In this document: piece after piece, positions 12,570 through 24,849 of the stretch
Position numbering within the stretch: the first letter of the stretch is position 1
Layout: the number at the start of each line of letters is the position of its first letter
Source: Eledone cirrhosa
Lineage: Eukaryota
Assembly: GCA_964016885.1 (NCBI GenBank)
Contig: OZ024756.1
Coordinates: 20,026,001-20,090,000 of the forward strand
Length of the DNA: 64,000 nt
Reading direction: 5' to 3'
The notes under the pieces: generated by a model
Seen by the model: only the letters and a program-made list of their open reading frames with translations
Told to the model about the DNA's origin: nothing
Databases searched by the model: none
Program-made: the position numbers and the translations under genes

Positions 12570-13260
12570 AAGGTAGGGAGCCAATGTATCTCCCTGGAGC
12601 ACTCCAGCCAGTATCTCAAAGAACTCTGTCATCCCATCAGGTGTAATGACTTGGGCTTTGGTGTTGGTGTAGAGCAGTGATATCAGGTCCACTATCTTCT
12701 TGGGGATTCCATAAGCCTGTAAGATCTTCATCAGGCAGTGACGGTCCACAGAATCAAAGGCCTTCCTAAAGTCAATGAAAACCATGACCGCAGGAAGCCA
12801 TTTTGCTCTAGCTCCCTCTAATATCCTCCTCAGCATCAGGATGTGACTGGTGGTTGATCTTCTCTCTCTGAAGCCGCTCTGGTTGTCCCTGAGCTTCTTC
12901 TCCATCTCAGACTGGATCCTGTTAAGAATCATCCTGTTGAGGGTCTTTTCCACAAGTGACGTCAGTGAGATCCCCCTGTAGTTGTTGGTGTTAGAGAGAT
13001 CTCCCTTCTTTGGCACTGGGACGATGTTACTGATCCTCCACTGATTCGGGGCAACTCCTTTCTCCAGTGCCCGGTTACAGAACCCCAGGATGATATCATC
13101 AAAATCACACCTCTTCATCACCTCTGATGCCACTCCAACTTCTCCATGAGCCTTGCCCTCCTTGATCTTCTTCTTGGATCTCTGAAGCTGCTCTCTGGTG
13201 AAGTCCTCTGTCTCAATATCCAGTTCCTCAAACAGCCGCCTGATCTCCCCAGTGCTCTGG
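12570..13260 (-). mobile_element. Non-LTR retrotransposon (RTE-like) reverse transcriptase fragment
   Basis: PKKGDLS..NYRGISLTS, NQSGFR..RST, IDFRKAFDSV, GVLQGDTLAP; truncated at both ends. Confidence 0.9.
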
Positions 13261-13410
13261 GCCGAGGTCAGCTTTGCCTTTCATCCTTACAGGGTCGATA
13301 AAATGAAGTACCAGTAATACACTGGGATAATTGCTGGCCTTGTGCCAAAAGTAGAAACAATTATTATTCCTGGCAATATTACAACAAACATATATATATA
13401 TATATAAACA

Positions 13411-13442
<32 letters not shown>

Positions 13443-13448
13443 AACATA

Positions 13449-13480
<32 letters not shown>

Positions 13481-13866
13481 AACATATATATATATATATA
13501 TACATATATAAATATATATATATATATATATGGCTTAGTGGTGAGAGCGTCAGGCTTACTATTGTGAGGTTGTGAGTTCGATTCTCGGACCAGGCTTTGT
13601 ATTGTGTTCTTGAGCAAGACACTTTATTTTACGTTGCTACAGTGCTCTCAGCAGTAGAAATGAATTGCAACGTCACTGGTGCCAAGCTGTATCAGCCATT
13701 GCCCTTCCCTTGGACAACATCGGTGGTGTGGAGAGGGGAGACTCGTATGTATGGGCAACTGGTAGTCTTCCACCAAACAACCTTGTGTGGACTTGTGCCT
13801 CGGAGGGAAACTTTCTAGGTGCAAATCACATGATCATTCATGACCAAAGGGCTCTTTACCCTATGC

Positions 13867-13912
<46 letters not shown>

Positions 13913-14792
13913 TGAGAGAGAGAGCTGTTGCTAATGACTCATCATCATTGTTTAATGTCTGTTTTCCATGCTTACATGGGTCAGACAGGTTGCTATGTTA
14001 TGAGAAAAGTCAGGTCCAGAGACCACATCATGCTCCTGTGGATCCGTATTTTGGCTTGGTTTCTGCAGCTGGATGCCCTTCCTACTGCCAACCCAATTAC
14101 TGTGTAGACTGGGTGCTTTTTGTTGTGTCACCAGTACTACCAGCTTACAAGCTGGAGTGGGTGCTTTTTGTTATGTCACAGAATAACCAAATTACAGGGT
14201 GAACTGGGTGCTTTTTGTCATGTCACGAGAATGACCACTTTACAGGGCGGACTGGGTGTTTTTTGTTGTGTCACCAGCATGACTACCTTACAGGGTGGAC
14301 TGGGTGCTTTTTGTTGTGTCACCAGAATGACCCCCTTACAGGGTGGACTGGGTGCTTCTTGTTGTGTCACCAGAATGACCACCTTACAAGGTGAACTGGG
14401 TGCTTTTTCTCATGTCATGAGAATGACCACTTTACAGGGTGGACTGGGTGCTTTTTGTTGTGTCACCAGAACTACCCATATGGAGTTGCTGCTAATGAAC
14501 ATATTGTATATACGAAGTTTTGTCAAAGACACAGCAACCTCTCCTGTGCACTCGGTAGAACGTGAGACCATAGATAAGCAAGCTACAGACCCCTTATCTG
14601 TCTGTGAGAACAGTAGCATTGCTTTAGTACTGACTTGGTCTATGTAGATCTGTGGCAAACTCTTGCTAGCAGGGAAAGAGGATATTAAAACGATGATGTG
14701 ACGATGTGATGGTGATGATGATGGTGATTGTGGTGATGACGATGACGATGATGATGATGATGATGATGATGAAGAGGAGGAATGACACTTAC

Positions 14793-14930
14793 CACCATAC
14801 TTTTAGTTATTTCCTTCAGTGCTGCATCAGCTTCAGATTGCTTCTCCACCAAAAGCTGGCTCTGAGTAGCTGCTTTCCCCTTCAGTTCAGCAACCAATTC
14901 TTTAGCCTCATTCAGCTTTGAAACACCTGC
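14793..14930 (-). CDS. DYNC2H1: DYNC2H1 exon, stalk CC1
   Basis: AGVSKLNEAKELVAELKGKAATQSQLLVEKQSEADAALKEITKSMV. Confidence 0.95.
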
Positions 14931-14970
14931 CTACAAATAACAAAATGGAAAAAAAAACAAGAATTACATT

Positions 14971-15166
14971 TTAACCCTTTAATGTTCAGAATCTGTTGAA
15001 ACTGGCTGTAACTGGTCACTCAAACTCATGTTAAGGTTTTGTTCTCAAAATAAATAACATCAAAATCTCATAGATTCGATATTATGTGAGATAATTATGT
15101 GAGATAAAGCCTTTACCATGAAAATATAATAGTATATATAGAGTATTGTGAATGCTAAAGGGTTAA
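14971..15166. mobile_element. TTAA-flanked piggyBac-like MITE
   Basis: TTAACCCTTTA...TAAAGGGTTAA termini; related copies at 21917-22372, 32449-32659, about 33460-33675, 43114-43365 and 56814-57042; another subtype at 33701-33963. Confidence 0.75.
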
Positions 15167-15564
15167 TTGTAAGATGTAACTCCTTATAACACCTATCATT
15201 TTTTTACTTCTGCTTTTCCACAATTGCATGGGTTGGACAGGTCTTTTACACAATTGCATGGGTTGGACAGATCTTTTACACACTTGTGTGGGTTGGACAG
15301 GGATTTACTAAAATTATTAATTATTTCATAACTAAAATAGTAACTTAATGTAAGGTTCTTATATAAAATTATGTTGGAAGATTTTAATTTAAATTGGAAA
15401 CCTTTAAAATGGGTGATCTTATTTCATAGAACCAGAGCTGGTTTTGGCTGGGTTGGTAACTAAAGGGTTACAAAGGTTTGAGTGGGATTTGAGGAAGATA
15501 TTTGGCAACTGTTTCTTGCATGATGGGTAAACAACCACATAAAGGGGCCTTCAGTATTTCATAC

Positions 15565-15801
15565 CTGTAAATGTTGGATCTGTTCCGCTACTTTCTCCTT
15601 CTTCTGTTGATAAACGTCGAAGTAGGTGCTAAGAAATGCGATATAACGTCTCGGGGTGGCACCCAGCTCATAACACGTTTCATGGAGCTGAAGAAATGTC
15701 TTGAAGAGGTGATCCTTTCCAGGGTGGGACTGATTCTGGCTGTGTTGGCTGTCTTTAGCACCTTCTTCTTTAGATCTCTCTATCAGCAACATTTCTGGGA
15801 T
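15565..15801 (-). CDS. DYNC2H1: DYNC2H1 exon
   Basis: IPEMLLIE...FLQLHETCYELGATPRRYIAFL...QHLQ. Confidence 0.93.
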
Positions 15802-16331
15802 CTAGAATGAAAAGACAGTCTGTATACATATATGAGGGTTGGCTGAATGGTTCATAGACTGACTATGAAGGAATGATGCTAGAGCTCTGAAATATTCTTA
15901 TGATTCAAAGGATGAATGACTGCACAAGGGATGATGGACATTTCCTTTTATATACAACTTTGCCGCTGGGATGATGATGATGATGATGATGGTGGTGGTG
16001 ATGATGATGGTGATGATGATAATGAGAAAGAGAAGAAAACAGGGATATATACACATATATACATACAAATATTCACATATACATACATATGCACATATAC
16101 ATACTTATATACATACATACACACACACACACATATATACATGCACATATACATACACACACACATCATCATCATCATCGTTTAACATCCATCTTCCATG
16201 CTAGCATGGGTTGGACGGGCTTGTCCCACTTGAGGCAAGATTGGTCGGGTGACCGTGTCTCGCTCATATAGAACTGTTTCTGGCAGGTTTTCTATGGCTG
16301 GATGCCCTTCCTAACACCAACCACATTTACA

Positions 16332-17300
16332 GTGTGGACTGGGAGCCTTTTTACCATGTCTCCCACACAACCACTTTACAGTGTGGACTAGGTGCTTTTT
16401 GTCGTGTCACCTACACGACCACTTTACAGTGTGGACTGGGTGCTTTTTGTCGTGTCACCTACACGACCACTTTACAGTGTGGACTGGGAGCCTTTTTACC
16501 GTGTCTCCCACACAACCACTTTACAGTGTGGACTGGGTGCTTTTTGTTGTGTCACCTACACGACCACTTTACAGTGTGGACTGGGTGCTTTTTGTCGTGT
16601 CACCTACACGACCACTTTACAGTGTGGACTGGGAGCCTTTTTACCGTGTCTCCCACACAACCACTTTACAGTGTGGACTGGGTGCTTTTTGTTATGTCAC
16701 CTACACGACCACTTTACAGTGTGGACTGGGTGCTTTTTGTCGTGTCACCTACACGACCACTTTACAGTGTGGACTGGGTGCTTTTTGTCGTGTCACCTAC
16801 ACGACCACTTTACAGTGTGGACTGGGAGCCTTTTTACCGTGTCTCCCACACAACCACTTTACAGTGTGGACTGGGTGCTTTTTGTTGTGTCACCTACACG
16901 ACCACTTTACAGTGTGGACTGGGTGCTTTTTGTCGTGTCACCTACACGACCACTTTACAGTGTGGACTGGGTGCTTTTTGTCGTGTCACCTACACAACCA
17001 CTTTACAGTGTGGACTGGGAGCCTTTTTACCGTGTCTCCCACACAACCACTTCACAGTGTGGACTGGGTGCTTTTTGTCGTGTCACCTACACGACCACTT
17101 TACAGTGTGGACTGGGTGCTTTTTGTCGTGTCACCTACACGACCACTTTACAGTGTGGACTGGGAGCCTTTTTACCGTGTCTCCCACACAACCACTTTAC
17201 AGTGTGGACTGGGTGCTTTTTGTTGTGTCACCTACACGACCACTTTACAGTGTGGACTGGGTGCTTTTTGTCGTGTCACCTACACGACCACTTTACAGCG
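16332..17300. repeat. 49/48-bp higher-order minisatellite inside a SINE
   Basis: Two unit types in the order ABB ABB ABBB ABBB ABB ABB. Confidence 0.9.
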
Positions 17301-18016
17301 TGGATTGGATGTTTTGTGGTACAAACATAACTTTACAGAGAAAGGGTGGTGTGGAGGGAAGTGGGAGGATGGAGTGGGGTGTGTCGGGTGGGGTGTATAT
17401 TGGAATAAGAGGTGCCTACTGACTGTAGGTTTAAGTTAGTATGTAAGGAAAGACAGGTCTTCTGTATTACTGCACAGCACCAAAGGTCTTGATCCAGTGA
17501 CATGGTCTTAAAGCGGTGTAAGTGTGCAAGGTCAGTTTTTATCATGTCGTCCCAGGTCTTTCTGGGTCTACCCACTCCATAGCTTCCATCAATTTTGATC
17601 GCTCTGCACTTTTTTATTCAGCTGTCGTCTTTCATGCGCATCACGTGACCATAACAGCGTAATCTGCTCTCAAGTAAACTGCATCTGAACCCCCTCATTC
17701 CTAATTTCTCAGTTCGTTTATGTTTTTGCTGTTCGTGTATATTACGATTACACATCCAATGGAGCATGCATGCTTCATTCCTTTCCAATGTGCACAGATC
17801 CTCTGCACACAATGCCCATGTCTCACTGCCATGTAACATTGCTGTTCATATACAAGCATCATACAATCATATACATACTTACAAATATACATACATACAC
17901 ATATACATATATATATATACATACATACAATACACACATATATACATGTGTATATACATACATACATACATACATATAAATATGCACACACACGCATATA
18001 TAAAACAATCTCCTAC

Positions 18017-18159
18017 CTTGAACATGCTTTGACGACTCCAAGAATCCATCCATTGGACTGTACAATATTTGTAAAGTGCCGGGTTACTTTCACAATTGAT
18101 GGCAAATTTCGGGTTCTTAAAGTCCATGATAAGAGCAACATGAAGGTTTCTTTTCACAC
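18017..18159 (-). CDS. DYNC2H1: DYNC2H1 exon, AAA4
   Basis: VKRNLHVALIMDFKNPKFAINCESNPALYKYCTVQWMDSWSRQSMFK. Confidence 0.95.
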
Positions 18160-19389
18160 CTATAATAAGAAGGGAAACAACAAAAATAACTATCAACATT
18201 AGAACGAGATTTTTGTACTCTTTTGTACAGATATTCCCTGTTAACAATTAGCACCAGCAGCTCCCATAGTAAACCCTTCTTAACACTTCAGGCCAGTACC
18301 TCCATCGATACTACAAATAGTACAGGGCTTAATACTGATCCCAATGCACTCCAACCTTCACTTTAAACTCACGTCACTATTCCTATCATTCGTCCTTAAG
18401 ACTATACATGCTTTTCTCATACTAGAGCAAAACCAACTGGCAGGAGACCCAGGGGTAGACCCTGAGCAAGATGGTTAGATAACTTCCATGAGTTTGGCTG
18501 GTCTCGCTTGGGGAATCTAGCTGGTTGCTTCTGACAGGAACATTTCTGGAAGGAGTGTTTCAGGACCCTGGCCCCACGACATGCCCAGGAATAACTGTCA
18601 ACATTAGAACCAGATTTTTGTACTCTTTTGTACAGATATTTTCTGTTACCAATTGCCATCAATTTCAACTTCCTTAGTAAACTTCCTTTAACCTGTTGAC
18701 TGCCACATATATTTTACACAGCTACAGTTGCTGTGCTGGGTTCTTTTTCAGTAAAATGACTATTTTGATTGACAAATGTTACATCAATAAACTAGTAACC
18801 CCATCTAGCTTTAAAGTTATGAACTGTCAGAAACAAGTTCATAACTTTGAAGTTATGAACTTTTGGAAAAGAGTTCAAACATATTAGGACGAGTTATCTC
18901 GTTTACAGCACTGAAGAGGTTAACACTTCAGGCCAGTACCTCCATCCATACTGCAAATAGTACAGGGCTTAATACTGAACCTTGATTCACTCCAACCTTC
19001 ACTTTAAACTTGTCACTGTTCTTATTTTTCGTCCTTATGACTCAACATCATCATCATCATCGTTTAATGTCTATCTTCCATGTTAACATGGGTTTAGACT
19101 ATATATGCTTTCTCATACATTGTTGTCACTACACTAACCAACCACTTCTCCGCTCCCAACTCTCTCATTGCTCATGTCATAAATTCATATGCAACCCTAT
19201 CGAAATATTGAATTGAAATGAATTGAAAAATAATTCTTTTCCCCCATTAGATAAAAGGGACACCCACAAAGGGCCTGGTTTTCTTTTCCCTACAACATAT
19301 GAATACATCCAAACTTATGAATTTCTTCACAATACAATCAACCAGCCACGTGCTGCTATGAGAGTAAAGCTACACTAAGATATACTCAC

Positions 19390-19612
19390 GAGACACAAAG
19401 AATGAAAACAAAGATCCTATGAAACCGCTTTCGGATGCAGTGTCTTTAAGTGGTTGCAATAAAGGTCCCAATTCTTCTGGTGTGTACAGTCCAGGGATTT
19501 CTCCAGCAGATAATAAACTGTTGACCAATTCCAGCATGGCTGTGTCAAATATGGTGTGATCTTCTATGATGAGAAGAACTTGCTGGTCTTCAATGCCACT
19601 CAGTTGCAACAA
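19390..19612 (-). CDS. DYNC2H1: DYNC2H1 exon, AAA4
   Basis: LLQLSGIEDQQVLLIIED...VNSLLSAGEIPGLYTPEELGPLL...FFVSR. Confidence 0.95.
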
Positions 19613-19719
19613 CTGTCACAAAATGGAAAGGAAAATAAAGGGTTAATATTGTAAGAGATTTTAACAACAGAAACCTAAACACAAAATTAATATCAACTGA
19701 ATTTTTGTGGTTCATCATC

Positions 19720-21238
19720 AGCCTCCCATCATGCAATAATAAGCTATGTCCATCAACAACCATTCTTACCTCTTACCCTATACCTTACTATCCTATCCCA
19801 TAATTCAACAGTAAACCAAGTCTTACTTACCTTATACCATACTATCCCATCCCATCATGCAATAGTAAACCAAACCTACCAACAACCATTCTTACTTACG
19901 CCTCATTCTACATCATACTATTCTATCCCATCATGCAACAGTAAGCCAATCAGTCTTACTTCTTACCCTATTCCATACTATCCCATCATACACACCAACA
20001 ATCAGTCTTACCTTTCACCTAATACCCTACTATCCTACATCATACAACAGTAAACCAAGCAGTCTTACCTCTCACCCTATACCCTAATATCCTATCCCAT
20101 CATACAACATTAAACAAAACAGTCTTACCTATCCCATCATGCCCACCAAGAATCATTCATACCCCTCACCCCATACCCTACTATCCTATCCCATCATGCA
20201 ACAGTAAAGCAAGCAGTTCCACTCCTCACCTTAAACCCTACTATCCTATCCCATCATGCCCACCAACAATCATTCTTACCCCTCACCCTATACCCTTCTA
20301 TCCTATCCCATCAGCAACAGTAAGCCAAGCAGTTCCACCCCTCACCTTAAACCCCACTATCCTATCCCATCATGCAACAGTAAGCCAAGCAGTTCCACCC
20401 CTCACCTTAAACCCTACTATCCTATCCCAACATGCAACAGTAAACCAAGCAGTTCCACTCCTCACCTTAAACCCTACTATCCTATCCCAACATGCAACAG
20501 TAAGCCAAGCAGTTCCACCCCTCACCTTAAACCCTACTATCCTATCCCAACATGCAACAGTAAGCCAAGCAGTTCCACCCCTCACCTTAAACCCTACTAT
20601 CCTATCCCAACATGCAACAGTAAGCCAAGCAGTTCCACCCCTCACCTTAAACCCTACTATCCTATCCCAACATGCAACAGTAAGCCAAGCAGTTGCACCC
20701 CTCACCTTAAACCCTACTATCCTATCCCAACATGCAACAGTAAGCCAAGCAGTTGCACCCCTCACCTTAAACCCTACTATCCTATCCCAACATGCAACAG
20801 TAAGCCAAGCAGTTGCACCCCTCACCTTAAACCCTACTATCCTATCCCAACATGCAACAGTAAGCCAAGCAGTTCCACCCCTCACCTTAAACCCTACTAT
20901 CCTATCCCAACATGCAACAGTAAGCCAAGCAGTTCCACCCCTCACCTTAAACCCTACTATCCTATCCCAACATGCAACAGTAAGCCAAGCAGTTCCACCC
21001 CTCACCTTAAACCCTACTATCCTATCCCAACATGCAACAGTAAGCCAAGCAGTTCCACCCCTCACCTTAAACCCTACTATCCTATCCCAACATGCAACAG
21101 TAAACCAAGCAGTTCCACCCCTCACCTTAAACCCTACTATCCTATCCCAACATGCAACAGTAAGCCAAGCAGTTGCACCCCTCACCTTAAACCCTACTAT
21201 CCTATCCCAACATGCAACAGTATGCCAAACTGTCTTAC
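19720..21238. repeat. 60-bp minisatellite abutting an exon donor
   Basis: Unit CATGCAACAGTAAGCCAAGCAGTTCCACCCCTCACCTTAAACCCTACTATCCTATCCCAA; homogeneous at about 20300-21220, degenerate further from the exon. Confidence 0.95.
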
Positions 21239-21471
21239 CCCTTTCAGGTCAAGTTTGAACTGTTTAATGCCGTATGTTCTCGATACTTTGGGAATAACGA
21301 CGTGCATCTGGTGCATGAAAGCCACCAGTCTAACGGCAGTTCGTCTGCCAACACCAGATCTGCCGGCCATCAACAGTGAGCCTCCAGCCATGGTCAAGAC
21401 ACGGTCAACATGAGCAATATGATCGATGACTTCCTTAAATATCAGAATGTCATCCATCTTGTTTTCGTAAC
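21239..21471 (-). CDS. DYNC2H1: DYNC2H1 exon, AAA4 Walker A-like
   Basis: YENKMDDILIFKEVIDHIAHVDRVLTMAGGSLLMAGRSGVGRRT...QFKLDLKG. Confidence 0.95.
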
Positions 21472-21485
21472 CTGGAGGAAATAGA

Positions 21486-21516
<31 letters not shown>

Positions 21517-22744
21517 AAATAAATAAATAAAAATAAACAAACAAACAAAAAAAATAAATAAATAAATAAAAAAATAAATTAAATAAAAATAAACAAATAA
21601 ATAAAAATAAATAAATAAAAAAATTGAATGTTAACTAGAGCAAAATCAACAGGTAGGAGACCCAGAGGCTAGACCCTGAGCAAGATGGTTGGATAACATC
21701 CATGAACTTGGTTGGTCACGCTTGGGGACCCAGTCGGATCAATTTGAGACGGTTGCTTCTAACAGGAACATTGCTGGAAGGCGTGTTTGAGCACTCTTCC
21801 CCCATGATACTCCCAGGTATAAGTGGGCAAAAAAGAACGAGGAGGAGGAGGAAGGGGAGGTTAGCTAAGTACTTATAAAGAAGCAAAAATAAAAATAACA
21901 ATTATCAATAAAACTTTTAACCCTTTACCATTTACATTACTCTATATATACTGTTATATTTTCACAGTAAACACTTTACCTCACCTAATTATTTCACATA
22001 ATATTGGATCTATGAGATTTTGATGATATCTACTTTGAGTGAAGGCGTGTGGCTGAGTGGTTAGAGAATTGGATTCGCAATCGTGAGGTTGTGAGTTCGA
22101 TTCCTGGACCAGGCGATGCATTATGTCCTTGAGCAAGACACTTTATTTCACGTTGCTCCTTCTACCTGGAATTGCGACCGATAGATAGTATTAGCAATTG
22201 GAAAGACCAACGGAAACATTGTTTCCTCGGTCCGATTTGACGAAAGTCGATCGTTCCTTCTTACTTTGAGAACAATACTATAATGTCAGTATGAGGGGCT
22301 GATTATGGCTGGTTTGAACAGAAAGAGGCAAGAGAATTCTGGCCAGATATGGCCGGATAAAATGCTAAAGGGTAGTATATCTTGTCACTAGGAATTCTTC
22401 TTTACAAATACCACCAGATGTAAGGCCCATTGTGACAGATGTCAACTTCACAACAACAGCAGCTGGTCTTACTAGCCAAGTAAGAAAGTTTTACTTCTTC
22501 AGTCAAACATCTTTTTTTTTAAACAATATAACTAAGGTGGGGAAAACCTGGGGGAGCAGTCTACAGACTATACATAATCAAAAACAACAAAAACAATCCT
22601 CATTGTTTTCTTCTGTATTATTGTGGTGGACTGGCAGTAATCAGTAGAGCATCAGACAATATGCTTTGTGGCATTTAGTTACAACCCTTTACATTCTGAG
22701 TTCAAATAACAAGGCTAACTTTGGGCAAAACTAAACAAAAACCC

Positions 22745-23165
22745 CAAACCTTACAAAATGCCTACAAAGCTAACTTTGGACTAAACAACAACAAGGTATT
22801 AAAGAAAAACCCTTACAAAATGCCTACAAAGCTAACTTTGAGCTAAACAACAAGGTATTAAAAAAAACCCTTACAAAATGCCTGTAAGGTTAACTTTGGG
22901 CTAAACAACAAGGTATTAAAAAAAAACCCTTATAAAATGCCTGTAAGGCTAACTTTGTGCTAAACAACAACAAGGTATTAAAAAAAACCCTTACAAAATG
23001 CCTGTAAGGCTAACTTTGGGCTAAACAACAAGGTATTAAAAAAACCCTTACAAAATACCTGTAAGGCTAACTTTGGTCTAAACAACAAGCTATTAAAAAA
23101 AACCTTACAAAATACCTGTAAGGCTAAACAACAAGGTATTTTTAAAAAAAACCCTTACAAAATGC
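22745..23165. repeat. About 58-bp tandem repeat containing the donor junction
   Basis: CCTTACAAAATGCCTGTAAGGCTAACTTTGGGCTAAACAACAAGGTATT(A)n, about 7-8 copies. Confidence 0.9.
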
Positions 23166-23287
23166 TCGCAGTCCTTTTGCAATAACAGACTTGAGATCCT
23201 GTTTTGAGAGTCGTCCAAGAGGTTTACCATTCAGTGAAGTTGTAGCTGACTTTGTTGATCTGCTACCCCAAGTGACATGATAGAAAG
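23159..23287 (-). CDS. DYNC2H1: DYNC2H1 exon
   Basis: SFYHVTWGSRSTKSATTSLNGKPLGRLSKQDLKSVIAKGLRAF; not in the ORF track; phases fit both neighbours. Confidence 0.92.
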
Positions 23288-24253
23288 CTGTTATATAGAA
23301 AGGTTTAGAAAAGGAATACAATTTAGAAAAATGGAAATTATGACCAGTTTTTGTAAGTGTGTGTGTATGTGAGGTTCCTTCTTTATGTTATTGCTCAGAA
23401 AAAAAAAGACAACATATTTTATAAGTAGGCTTTCTTTACAAACAGCTAGCGAATTTGAAAATTAGGTAAGTAATATGTGATTACGCCGTATATGACTACA
23501 TAGAATTAGTGTGTTAGTTGGGATTTTGCTTCGTGTCTCCCTATTTATATACATATATATATATATATACCGGCTATGGTTATATAGCTTCTAATTGAAT
23601 GGAAGGAGGCATGAGTGGCATGTTGGTGTAATGTTAACACATTGGTCCAGCAAACCAAAGATGTAGGTTCATGTCCTATGTAACATCAATACTCATCCTT
23701 TTTTCCAAAATCTCAACTAACAGACTAATTCTATGTAGTCAAATACGGCATAAGCACATGTTACAACATATTTTATATTTTGTGATAATAGACAAAGTAG
23801 GGTCCTTGGTAGACAATAAGTTGGGATGGTCATGGTAGGAAAACATTTCAGTATAAAGCAGTGTAGTTAATTCAAAGCATTGTAAGATATGTAGTATGTA
23901 GTAAAAGACTGATAATTTTCAAAAAGCCTGTACAATGCGGTAGAAATATATAAAGGGCAAATGATAACAAATAAAATAAAACAAAGTAATGTTTTACCCA
24001 GTATATTTTAACATGATATTTCAGGGTTATTACCCCTCTTTTCAAACGTGAAGCTGAAGCAGTTCAAAACAAAACAAAAAATGTGCAATCAAAGTATTCT
24101 TCCATAACTGGTCTATGTGTCGGTAAAACACATGAAGAAGTTCGCGACAACAACCATTCTACCTCATGTATTTCTGACCTGTTATTTTATCATTTATCCT
24201 TGGTTTTATTTGCCTGATTGATGATTATAAGTCTGCTCAATTATAAGTAGACC

Positions 24254-24300
<47 letters not shown>

Positions 24301-24395
24301 AAATGAAGAAAATATAAAAAAGAAGAGTAAAAAAAACATACACGCACACAAAAAAAAAAAAAAATAAAAATAAAAAGACAAATCAAAATATTTAC

Positions 24396-24666
24396 ATTGC
24401 AGTTTGTCCAATACATCGGCTGACCAATCAGCTTGGATAATTGACATGAGAAGCTGGTCAAATTTACTGTGACTCTGAGAACCAACAATCCGGTCTCGGA
24501 ACAAGCGGCACGCTTCGTAAGCCCAGATCTCCAGGATGTGTTCACTGGAACTGCTACTGGCCGAGTCGGTGAGGTCATAGCGCAGTAGATTCTGAATCCA
24601 TTGAGTTAGGTCACATGGTGTGAAGAGGTAGTGGCTATAATCATCTGCACTGAACAATGTCTGAAG
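24396..24666 (-). CDS. DYNC2H1: DYNC2H1 exon
   Basis: LQTLFSADDYSHYLFTPCDLTQW...AYEACRLFRDRIVG...ADWSADVLDKLQ. Confidence 0.95.
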
Positions 24667-24849
24667 CTGACAGAAAAACATGGCAGTGGGAAATAAAATT
24701 GAAGATTTTTTTCAAAAATTTAATTAGTTATTTAAAAAAAACAAAAATTAATGCTGTTTATTTCAATCTAAATTAATTTTGAGAAAATAAATTGAATTTT
24801 TAAATTCTAGATCCCTCTTCTCTCTCTGCTCTCTCTCTCTCCCTCTTCT

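Noticed and set aside
18195-19050. Local ~230-bp duplication
   Set aside because: Contains a decayed RT fragment (GSVLSPVLF on the minus strand); ordinary LINE debris.
20256-21413. 385-aa proline-rich ORF on the plus strand
   Set aside because: Translation of a 60-bp minisatellite running into the antisense of a dynein exon.
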